Origin: the human T2T-CHM13v2.0 reference genome, Homo sapiens
DNA length: 64,000 nucleotides
Strand: one strand, 5' to 3'
NCBI RefSeq assembly: GCF_009914755.1
Contig: NC_060931.1
Shown here: positions 13,217 through 25,146 of the stretch, one piece after another
Layout: each line of letters starts with the position of its first letter
How positions within the stretch are numbered: position 1 is the stretch's first letter
Notes under the pieces: model-generated
What the model saw: only the letters and a program-made list of their open reading frames with translations
What the model was told of the DNA's origin: nothing
Database searches by the model: none
Program-made: the position numbers and the translations under genes

Positions 13217-16200
13217 AAAATTCTTTGTGATGTGTGCGTTCAACTCACATAGTTTAACCTTTCTTTTCATAGAGCAGTTTGGAAACACTCTGTTTGTAAA
13301 GTCTGCAAGTGGATATATGGACCGCATTGAGGCCTTCGTTGGAAACGGGATTTCTTCATTTCATGCTAGACAGAAGAATTCTCAGTAACTTCTTTGTGCT
13401 GTGTGTATTCAACTCACAGAGTGGAACGTCCCTTTGCACAGAGCAGATTTGAAACACTCTTTTTGTGGAGTTTGCAAGTGGAGATTTCAAGCGATTTGAT
13501 GCCAACAGTAGAAAAGGAAATATCTTCAAATAAAAACTAGACAGAATCATTCTCAGAAACTACTTTGTGATGTGTGCCTTCAACTCACAGAGTTCAACCT
13601 TTCTTTTCTTAGAGCAGTTTAGAAACACTCTGCTTGTTATGTCTGCAAGTGGATATTTGGACCTCTTTGAGGCCTTCGTTGCAAACGGGGTTTCTTCCTT
13701 TCATGCTAGACTAAGAAGAGTTCTCAGTAACTTTTTTGTGTTGTGTGTATTCAACTCACAGAGTTGAACCTTGCTTTAGAGAGAGCAGATTTGAAACACT
13801 CTTGCTGTGGCATTTTCAGGTGGAGATTTCAAGCGATTTGAGGACAATTGCAGAAAAGGAAATATCTTCGTATAATAACCAGACAGAATCATTCTCAGAA
13901 AGTGCTTTGTGATGTGTGCGTTCAACTCACAGAGTTTAACCTTTCTTTTCATAGAGGAGTTTGGAAACACACTGTTTGTAAAGTCTGCAAGTGGATACAT
14001 GGACCTGTTTGAGGCCTTCGTTGGAAACGGGATTTCTTCATTGAATGCTAGACGGAAGAATTCTCAGTAAATTCTTTGTGTTGTGTGCATTCAACTCACA
14101 GAGTGGAACGTCCCTTTAGACAGAGCAGATTTGAAACACTCTTTTTGCGGAATTTGCAAGTGGAGATTTCTAGCCATTTGATGCCAACAGTAGAAAGGGA
14201 AATATCTTCAAATAAAAACCAGACAGAATCATTCTCAGAAAATTCTTTGTGATGTGTGCGTTCAACTCACATAGTTTAACCTTTCTTTTCATAGAGCAGT
14301 TTGGAAACACTCTGTTTGTAAAGTCTGCAAGTGGATATATGGACCGCATTGAGGCCTTCGTTGGAAACGGGATTTCTTCATTTCATGCTAGACAGAAGAA
14401 TTCTCAGTAACTTCTTTGTGCCGTGTGTATTCAACTCACAGAGTGGAACGTCCCTTTGCACAGAGCAGATTTGAAACACTCTTTTTGTGGAGTTTGCAAG
14501 TGGAGATTTCAAGCGATTTGATGCCAACAGTAGAAAAGGAAATATCTTCAAATAAAAACTAGACAGAATCATTCTCAGAAACTACTTTGTGATGTGTGCC
14601 TTCAACTCACAGAGTTCAACCTTTCTTTTCTTAGAGCAGTTTAGAAACACTCTGCTTGTTATGTCTGCAAGTGGATATTTGGACCTCTTTGAGGCCTTCG
14701 TTGCAAACGGGGTTTCTTCCTTTCATGCTAGACTAAGAAGAGTTCTCAGTAACTTTTTTGTGTTGTGTGTATTCAACTCACAGAGTTGAACCTTGCTTTA
14801 GAGAGAGCAGATTTGAAACACTCTTGCTGTGGCATTTTCAGGTGGAGATTTCAAGCGATTTGAGGACAATTGCAGAAAAGGAAATATCTTCGTATAATAA
14901 CCAGACAGAATCATTCTCAGAAAGTGCTTTGTGATGTGTGCGTTCAACTCACAGAGTTTAACCTTTCTTTTCATAGAGGAGTTTGGAAACACACTGTTTG
15001 TAAAGTCTGCAAGTGGATACATGGACCTGTTTGAGGCCTTCGTTGGAAACGGGATTTCTTCATTGAATGCTAGACGGAAGAATTCTCAGTAAATTCTTTG
15101 TGTTGTGTGCATTCAACTCACAGAGTGGAACGTCCCTTTAGACACAGCAGATTTGAAACACTCTTTTTGCGGAATTTGCAAGTGGAGATTTCTAGCCATT
15201 TGATGCCAACAGTAGAAAGGGAAATATCTTCAAATAAAAACTAGACAGAATCATTCTCAGAAAATTCTTTGTGATGTGTGCGTTCAACTCACATAGTTTA
15301 ACCTTTCTTTTCATAGAGCAGTTTGGAAACACTCTGTTTGTAAAGTCTGCAAGTGGATATATGGACCGCATTGAGGCCTTCGTTGGAAACGGGATTTCTT
15401 CATTTCATGCTAGACAGAAGAATTCTCAGTAACTTCTTTGTGCTGTGTGTATTCAACTCACAGAGTGGAACGTCCCTTTGCACAGAGCAGATTTGAAACA
15501 CTCTTTTTGTGGAGTTTGCAAGTGGAGATTTCAAGCGATTTGATGCCAACAGTAGAAAAGGAAATATCTTCAAATAAAAACTAGACAGAATCATTCTCAG
15601 AAACTACTTTGTGATGTGTGCCTTCAACTCACAGAGTTCAACCTTTCTTTTCTTAGAGCAGTTTAGAAACACTCTGCTTGTTATGTCTGCAAGTGGATAT
15701 TTGGACCTCTTTGAGGCCTTCGTTGCAAACGGGGTTTCTTCCTTTCATGCTAGACTAAGAAGAGTTCTCAGTAACTTTTTTGTGTTGTGTGTATTCAACT
15801 CACAGAGTTGAACCTTGCTTTAGAGAGAGCAGATTTGAAACACTCTTGCTGTGGCATTTTCAGGTGGAGATTTCAAGCGATTTGAGGACAATTGCAGAAA
15901 AGGAAATATCTTCGTATAATAACCAGACAGAATCATTCTCAGAAAGTGCTTTGTGATGTGTGCGTTCAACTCACAGAGTTTAACCTTTCTTTTCATAGAG
16001 GAGTTTGGAAACACACTGTTTGTAAAGTCTGCAAGTGGATACATGGACCTGTTTGAGGCCTTCGTTGGAAACGGGATTTCTTCATTGAATGCTAGACGGA
16101 AGAATTCTCAGTAAATTCTTTGTGTTGTGTGCATTCAACTCACAGAGTGGAACGTCCCTTTAGACAGAGCAGATTTGAAACACTCTTTTTGCGGAATTTG

Positions 16201-17650
16201 CAAGTGGAGATTTCTAGCCATTTGATGCCAACAGTAGAAAGGGAAATATCTTCAAATAAAAACCAGACAGAATCATTCTCAGCAAATTCTTTGTGATGTG
16301 TGCGTTCAACTCACATAGTTTAACCTTTCTTTTCATAGAGCAGTTTGGAAACACTCTGTTTGTAAAGTCTGCAAGTGGATATATGGACCGCATTGAGGCC
16401 TTCGTTGGAAACGGGATTTCTTCATTTCATGCTAGACAGAAGAATTCTCAGTAACTTCTTTGTGCTGTGTGTATTCAACTCACAGAGTGGAACGTCCCTT
16501 TGCACAGAGCAGATTTGAAACACTCTTTTTGTGGAGTTTGCAAGTGGAGATTTCAAGCGATTTGATGCCAACAGTAGAAAAGGAAATATCTTCAAATAAA
16601 AACTAGACAGAATCATTCTCAGAAACTACTTTGTGATGTGTGCCTTCAACTCACAGAGTTTAACCTTTCTTTTCTTAGAGCAGTTTAGAAACACTCTGCT
16701 TGTTATGTCTGCAAGTGGATATTTGGACCTCTTTGAGGCCTTCGTTGCAAACGGGTTTTCTTCCTTTCATGCTAGACTAAGAAGAGTTCTCAGTAACTTT
16801 TTTGTGTTGTGTGTATTCAACTCACAGAGTTGAACCTTGCTTTAGAGAGAGCAGATTTGAAACACTCTTGCTGTGGCATTTTCAGGTGGAGATTTCAAGC
16901 GATTTGAGGACAATTGCAGAAAAGGAAATATCTTCGTATAATAACCAGACAGAATCATTCTCAGAAAGTGCTTTGTGATGTGTGCGTTCAACTCACAGAG
17001 TTTAACCTTTCTTTTCATAGAGGAGTTTGGAAACACACTGTTTGTAAAGTCTGCAAGTGGATACATGGACCTGTTTGAGGCCTTCGTTGGAAACGGGATT
17101 TCTTCATTGAATGCTAGACGGAAGAATTCTCAGTAAATTCTTTGTGTTGTGTGCATTCAACTCACAGAGTGGAACGTCCCTTTAGACAGAGCAGATTTGA
17201 AACACTCTTTTTGCGGAATTTGCAAGTGGAGATTTCTAGCCATTTGATGCCAACAGTAGAAAGGGAAATATCTTCAAATAAAAACCAGACAGAATCATTC
17301 TCAGAAAATTCTTTGTGATGTGTGCGTTCAACTCACATAGTTTAACCTTTCTTTTCATAGAGCAGTTTGGAAACACTCTGTTTGTAAAGTCTGCAAGTGG
17401 ATATATGGACCGCATTGAGGCCTTCGTTGGAAACGGGATTTCTTCATTTCATGCTAGACAGAAGAATTCTCAGTAACTTCTTTGTGCTGTGTGTATTCAA
17501 CTCACAGAGTGGAACGTCCCTTTGCACAGAGCAGATTTGAAACACTCTTTTTGTGGAGTTTGCAAGTGGAGATTTCAAGCGATTTGATGCCAACAGTAGA
17601 AAAGGAAATATCTTCAAATAAAAACTAGACAGAATCATTCTCAGAAACTA

Positions 17651-18332
17651 CTTTGTGATGTGTGCCTTCAACTCACAGAGTTCAACCTTTCTTTTCTTAG
17701 AGCAGTTTAGAAACACTCTGCTTGTTATGTCTGCAAGTGGATATTTGGACCTCTTTGAGGCCTTCGTTGCAAACGGGGTTTCTTCCTTTCATGCTAGACT
17801 AAGAAGAGTTCTCAGTAACTTTTTTGTGTTGTGTGTATTCAACTCACAGAGTTGAACCTTGCTTTAGAGAGAGCAGATTTGAAACACTCTTGCTGTGGCA
17901 TTTTCAGGTGGAGATTTCAAGCGATTTGAGGACAATTGCAGAAAAGGAAATATCTTCGTATAATAACCAGACAGAATCATTCTCAGAAAGTGCTTTGTGA
18001 TGTGTGCGTTCAACTCACAGAGTTTAACCTTTCTTTTCATAGAGGAGTTTGGAAACACACTGTTTGTAAAGTCTGCAAGTGGATACATGGACCTGTTTGA
18101 GGCCTTCGTTGGAAACGGGATTTCTTCATTGAATGCTAGACGGAAGAATTCTCAGTAAATTCTTTGTGTTGTGTGCATTCAACTCACAGAGTGGAACGTC
18201 CCTTTAGACAGAGCAGATTTGAAACACTCTTTTTGCGGAATCTGCAAGTGGAGATTTCTAGCCATTTGATGCCAACAGTAGAAAGGGAAATATCTTCAAA
18301 TAAAAACTAGACAAAATCATTCTCAGAAAATT
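17651..18332 (+). repeat. 4-mer (682-bp) HOR structural variant, 340-bp dimer deleted
   Basis: Period drops to 682 (17655 to 18337). Hybrid monomer cagaaaattctttgtgatgtgtgccttc at about 18324-18351. Confidence 0.95.
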
Positions 18333-21300
18333 CTTTGTGATGTGTGCCTTCAACTCACAGAGTTTAACCTTTCTTTTCTTAGAGCAGTTTAGAAACACTC
18401 TGCTTGTTACGTCTGCAAGTGGATATTTGGACCTCTTTGAGGCCTTCGTTGCAAACGGGGTTTCTTCCTTTCATGCTAGACTAAGAAGAGTTCTCAGTAA
18501 CTTTTTTGTGTTGTGTGTATTCAACTCACAGAGTTGAACCTTGCTTTAGAGAGAGCAGATTTGAAACACTCTTGCTGTGGCATTTTCAGGTGGAGATTTC
18601 AAGCGATTTGAGGACAATTGCAGAAAAGGAAATATCTTCGTATAATAACCAGACAGAATCATTCTCAGAAAGTGCTTTGTGATGTGTGCGTTCAACTCAC
18701 AGAGTTTAACCTTTCTTTTCATAGAGGAGTTTGGAAACACACTGTTTGTAAAGACTGCAAGTGGATATATGGACCTGTTTGAGGCCTTCGTTGGAAACGG
18801 GATTTCTTCATTGAATGCTAGACGGAAGAATTCTCAGTAAATTCTTTGTGTTGTGTGCATTCAACTCACAGAGTGGAACGTCCCTTTAGACAGAGCAGAT
18901 TTGAAACACTCTTTTTGCGGAATTTGCAAGTGGAGATTTCTAGCCATTTGATGCCAACAGTAGAAAGGGAAATATCTTCAAATAAAAACCAGACAGAATC
19001 ATTCTCAGAAAATTCTTTGTGATGTGTGCGTTCAACTCACATAGTTTAACCTTTCTTTTCATAGAGCAGTTTGGAAACACTCTGTTTGTAAAGTCTGCAA
19101 GTGGATATATGGACCGCATTGAGGCCTTCGTTGGAAACGGGATTTCTTCATTTCATGCTAGACAGAAGAATTCTCAGTAACTTCTTTGTGCTGTGTGTAT
19201 TCAACTCACAGAGTGGAACGTCCCTTTGCACAGAGCAGATTTGAAACACTCTTTTTGTGGAGTTTGCAAGTGGAGATTTCAAGCGATTTGATGCCAACAG
19301 TAGAAAAGGAAATATCTTCAAATAAAAACTAGACAGAATCATTCTCAGAAACTACTTTGTGATGTGTGCCTTCAACTCACAGAGTTCAACCTTTCTTTTC
19401 TTAGAGCAGTTTAGAAACACTCTGCTTGTTATGTCTGCAAGTGGATATTTGGACCTCTTTGAGGCCTTCGTTGCAAACGGGGTTTCTTCCTTTCATGCTA
19501 GACTAAGAAGAGTTCTCAGTAACTTTTTTGTGTTGTGTGTATTCAACTCACAGAGTTGAACCTTGCTTTAGAGAGAGCAGATTTGAAACACTCTTGCTGT
19601 GGCATTTTCAGGTGGAGATTTCAAGCGATTTGAGGACAATTGCAGAAAAGGAAATATCTTCGTATAATAACCAGACAGAATCATTCTCAGAAAGTGCTTT
19701 GTGATGTGTGCGTTCAACTCACAGAGTTTAACCTTTCTTTTCATAGAGGAGTTTGGAAACACACTGTTTGTAAAGTCTGCAAGTGGATACATGGACCTGT
19801 TTGAGGCCTTCGTTGGAAACGGGATTTCTTCATTGAATGCTAGACGGAAGAATTCTCAGTAAATTCTTTGTGTTGTGTGCATTCAACTCACAGAGTGGAA
19901 CGTCCCTTTAGACAGAGCAGATTTGAAACACTCTTTTTGCGGAATTTGCAAGTGGAGATTTCTAGCCATTTGATGCCAACAGTAGAAAGGGAAATATCTT
20001 CAAATAAAAACCAGACAGAATCATTCTCAGAAAATTCTTTGTGATGTGGGCGTTCAACTCACATAGTTTAACCTTTCTTTTCATAGAGCAGTTTGGAAAC
20101 ACTCTGTTTGTAAAGTCTGCAAGTGGATATATGGACCGCATTGAGGCCTTCGTTGGAAACGGGATTTCTTCATTTCATGCTAGACAGAAGAATTCTCAGT
20201 AACTTCTTTGTGCTGTGTGTATTCAACTCACAGAGTGGAACGTCCCTTTGCACAGAGCAGATTTGAAACACTCTTTTTGTGGAGTTTGCAAGTGGAGATT
20301 TCAAGCGATTTGATGCCAACAGTAGAAAAGGAAATATCTTCAAATAAAAACTAGACAGAATCATTCTCAGAAACTACTTTGTGATGTGTGCCTTCAACTC
20401 ACAGAGTTCAACCTTTCTTTTCTTAGAGCAGTTTAGAAACACTCTGCTTGTTATGTCTGCAAGTGGATATTTGGACCTCTTTGAGGCCTTCGTTGCAAAC
20501 GGGGTTTCTTCCTTTCATGCTAGACTAAGAAGAGTTCTCAGTAACTTTTTTGTGTTGTGTGTATTCAACTCACAGAGTTGAACCTTGCTTTAGAGAGAGC
20601 AGATTTGAAACACTCTTGCTGTGGCATTTTCAGGTGGAGATTTCAAGCGATTTGAGGACAATTGCAGAAAAGGAAATATCTTCGTATAATAACCAGACAG
20701 AATCATTCTCAGAAAGTGCTTTGTGATGTGTGCGTTCAACTCACAGAGTTTAACCTTTCTTTTCATAGAGGAGTTTGGAAACACACTGTTTGTAAAGTCT
20801 GCAAGTGGATACATGGACCTGTTTGAGGCCTTCGTTGGAAACGGGATTTCTTCATTGAATGCTAGACGGAAGAATTCTCAGTAAATTCTTTGTGTTGTGT
20901 GCATTCAACTCACAGAGTGGAACGTCCCTTTAGACAGAGCAGATTTGAAACACTCTTTTTGCGGAATTTGCAAGTGGAGATTTCTAGCCATTTGATGCCA
21001 ACAGTAGAAAGGGAAATATCTTCAAATAAAAACCAGACAGAATCATTCTCAGAAAATTCTTTGTGATGTGTGCGTTCAACTCACATAGTTTAACCTTTCT
21101 TTTCATAGAGCAGTTTGGAAACACTCTGTTTGTAAAGTCTGCAAGTGGATATATGGACCGCATTGAGGCCTTCGTTGGAAACGGGATTTCTTCATTTCAT
21201 GCTAGACAGAAGAATTCTCAGTAACTTCTTTGTGCCGTGTGTATTCAACTCACAGAGTGGAACGTCCCTTTGCACAGAGCAGATTTGAAACACTCTTTTT

Positions 21301-24300
21301 GTGGAGTTTGCAAGTGGAGATTTCAAGCGATTTGATGCCAACAGTAGAAAAGGAAATATCTTCAAATAAAAACTAGACAGAATCATTCTCAGAAACTACT
21401 TTGTGATGTGTGCCTTCAACTCACAGAGTTCAACCTTTCTTTTCTTAGAGCAGTTTAGAAACACTCTGCTTGTTATGTCTGCAAGTGGATATTTGGACCT
21501 CTTTGAGGCCTTCGTTGCAAACGGGGTTTCTTCCTTTCATGCTAGACTAAGAAGAGTTCTCAGTAACTTTTTTGTGTTGTGTGTATTCAACTCACAGAGT
21601 TGAACCTTGCTTTAGAGAGAGCAGATTTGAAACACTCTTGCTGTGGCATTTTCAGGTGGAGATTTCAAGCGATTTGAGGACAATTGCAGAAAAGGAAATA
21701 TCTTCGTATAATAACCAGACAGAATCATTCTCAGAAAGTGCTTTGTGATGTGTGCGTTCAACTCACAGAGTTTAACCTTTCTTTTCATAGAGGAGTTTGG
21801 AAACACACTGTTTGTAAAGTCTGCAAGTGGATACATGGACCTGTTTGAGGCCTTCGTTGGAAACGGGATTTCTTCATTGAATGCTAGACGGAAGAATTCT
21901 CAGTAAATTCTTTGTGTTGTGTGCATTCAACTCACAGAGTGGAACGTCCCTTTAGACACAGCAGATTTGAAACACTCTTTTTGCGGAATTTGCAAGTGGA
22001 GATTTCTAGCCATTTGATGCCAACAGTAGAAAGGGAAATATCTTCAAATAAAAACTAGACAGAATCATTCTCAGAAAATTCTTTGTGATGTGTGCGTTCA
22101 ACTCACATAGTTTAACCTTTCTTTTCATAGAGCAGTTTGGAAACACTCTGTTTGTAAAGTCTGCAAGTGGATATATGGACCGCATTGAGGCCTTCGTTGG
22201 AAACGGGATTTCTTCATTTCATGCTAGACAGAAGAATTCTCAGTAACTTCTTTGTGCTGTGTGTATTCAACTCACAGAGTGGAACGTCCCTTTGCACAGA
22301 GCAGATTTGAAACACTCTTTTTGTGGAGTTTGCAAGTGGAGATTTCAAGCGATTTGATGCCAACAGTAGAAAAGGAAATATCTTCAAATAAAAACTAGAC
22401 AGAATCATTCTCAGAAACTACTTTGTGATGTGTGCCTTCAACTCACAGAGTTCAACCTTTCTTTTCTTAGAGCAGTTTAGAAACACTCTGCTTGTTATGT
22501 CTGCAAGTGGATATTTGGACCTCTTTGAGGCCTTCGTTGCAAACGGGGTTTCTTCCTTTCATGCTAGACTAAGAAGAGTTCTCAGTAACTTTTTTGTGTT
22601 GTGTGTATTCAACTCACAGAGTTGAACCTTGCTTTAGAGAGAGCAGATTTGAAACACTCTTGCTGTGGCATTTTCAGGTGGAGATTTCAAGCGATTTGAG
22701 GACAATTGCAGAAAAGGAAATATCTTCGTATAATAACCAGACAGAATCATTCTCAGAAAGTGCTTTGTGATGTGTGCGTTCAACTCACAGAGTTTAACCT
22801 TTCTTTTCATAGAGGAGTTTGGAAACACACTGTTTGTAAAGTCTGCAAGTGGATACATGGACCTGTTTGAGGCCTTCGTTGGAAACGGGATTTCTTCATT
22901 GAATGCTAGACGGAAGAATTCTCAGTAAATTCTTTGTGTTGTGTGCATTCAACTCACAGAGTGGAACGTCCCTTTAGACAGAGCAGATTTGAAACACTCT
23001 TTTTGCGGAATTTGCAAGTGGAGATTTCTAGCCATTTGATGCCAACAGTAGAAAGGGAAATATCTTCAAATAAAAACCAGACAGAATCATTCTCAGCAAA
23101 TTCTTTGTGATGTGTGCGTTCAACTCACATAGTTTAACCTTTCTTTTCATAGAGCAGTTTGGAAACACTCTGTTTGTAAAGTCTGCAAGTGGATATATGG
23201 ACCGCATTGAGGCCTTCGTTGGAAACGGGATTTCTTCATTTCATGCTAGACAGAAGAATTCTCAGTAACTTCTTTGTGCTGTGTGTATTCAACTCACAGA
23301 GTGGAACGTCCCTTTGCACAGAGCAGATTTGAAACACTCTTTTTGTGGAGTTTGCAAGTGGAGATTTCAAGCGATTTGATGCCAACAGTAGAAAAGGAAA
23401 TATCTTCAAATAAAAACTAGACAGAATCATTCTCAGAAACTACTTTGTGATGTGTGCCTTCAACTCACAGAGTTTAACCTTTCTTTTCTTAGAGCAGTTT
23501 AGAAACACTCTGCTTGTTATGTCTGCAAGTGGATATTTGGACCTCTTTGAGGCCTTCGTTGCAAACGGGTTTTCTTCCTTTCATGCTAGACTAAGAAGAG
23601 TTCTCAGTAACTTTTTTGTGTTGTGTGTATTCAACTCACAGAGTTGAACCTTGCTTTAGAGAGAGCAGATTTGAAACACTCTTGCTGTGGCATTTTCAGG
23701 TGGAGATTTCAAGCGATTTGAGGACAATTGCAGAAAAGGAAATATCTTCGTATAATAACCAGACAGAATCATTCTCAGAAAGTGCTTTGTGATGTGTGCG
23801 TTCAACTCACAGAGTTTAACCTTTCTTTTCATAGAGGAGTTTGGAAACACACTGTTTGTAAAGTCTGCAAGTGGATACATGGACCTGTTTGAGGCCTTCG
23901 TTGGAAACGGGATTTCTTCATTGAATGCTAGACGGAAGAATTCTCAGTAAATTCTTTGTGTTGTGTGCATTCAACTCACAGAGTGGAACGTCCCTTTAGA
24001 CAGAGCAGATTTGAAACACTCTTTTTGCGGAATTTGCAAGTGGAGATTTCTAGCCATTTGATGCCAACAGTAGAAAGGGAAATATCTTCAAATAAAAACC
24101 AGACAGAATCATTCTCAGAAAATTCTTTGTGATGTGTGCGTTCAACTCACATAGTTTAACCTTTCTTTTCATAGAGCAGTTTGGAAACACTCTGTTTGTA
24201 AAGTCTGCAAGTGGATATATGGACCGCATTGAGGCCTTCGTTGGAAACGGGATTTCTTCATTTCATGCTAGACAGAAGAATTCTCAGTAACTTCTTTGTG

Positions 24301-24464
24301 CTGTGTGTATTCAACTCACAGAGTGGAACGTCCCTTTGCACAGAGCAGATTTGAAACACTCTTTTTGTGGAGTTTGCAAGTGGAGATTTCAAGCGATTTG
24401 ATGCCAACAGTAGAAAAGGAAATATCTTCAAATAAAAACTAGACAGAATCATTCTCAGAAACTA

Positions 24465-25146
24465 CTTTGTGATGTGTGCCTTCAACTCACAGAGTTCAAC
24501 CTTTCTTTTCTTAGAGCAGTTTAGAAACACTCTGCTTGTTATGTCTGCAAGTGGATATTTGGACCTCTTTGAGGCCTTCGTTGCAAACGGGGTTTCTTCC
24601 TTTCATGCTAGACTAAGAAGAGTTCTCAGTAACTTTTTTGTGTTGTGTGTATTCAACTCACAGAGTTGAACCTTGCTTTAGAGAGAGCAGATTTGAAACA
24701 CTCTTGCTGTGGCATTTTCAGGTGGAGATTTCAAGCGATTTGAGGACAATTGCAGAAAAGGAAATATCTTCGTATAATAACCAGACAGAATCATTCTCAG
24801 AAAGTGCTTTGTGATGTGTGCGTTCAACTCACAGAGTTTAACCTTTCTTTTCATAGAGGAGTTTGGAAACACACTGTTTGTAAAGTCTGCAAGTGGATAC
24901 ATGGACCTGTTTGAGGCCTTCGTTGGAAACGGGATTTCTTCATTGAATGCTAGACGGAAGAATTCTCAGTAAATTCTTTGTGTTGTGTGCATTCAACTCA
25001 CAGAGTGGAACGTCCCTTTAGACAGAGCAGATTTGAAACACTCTTTTTGCGGAATCTGCAAGTGGAGATTTCTAGCCATTTGATGCCAACAGTAGAAAGG
25101 GAAATATCTTCAAATAAAAACTAGACAAAATCATTCTCAGAAAATT
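24465..25146 (+). repeat. 4-mer (682-bp) HOR structural variant
   Basis: Period 682 (24469 to 25151); same hybrid junction at 25147-25161. Confidence 0.95.
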
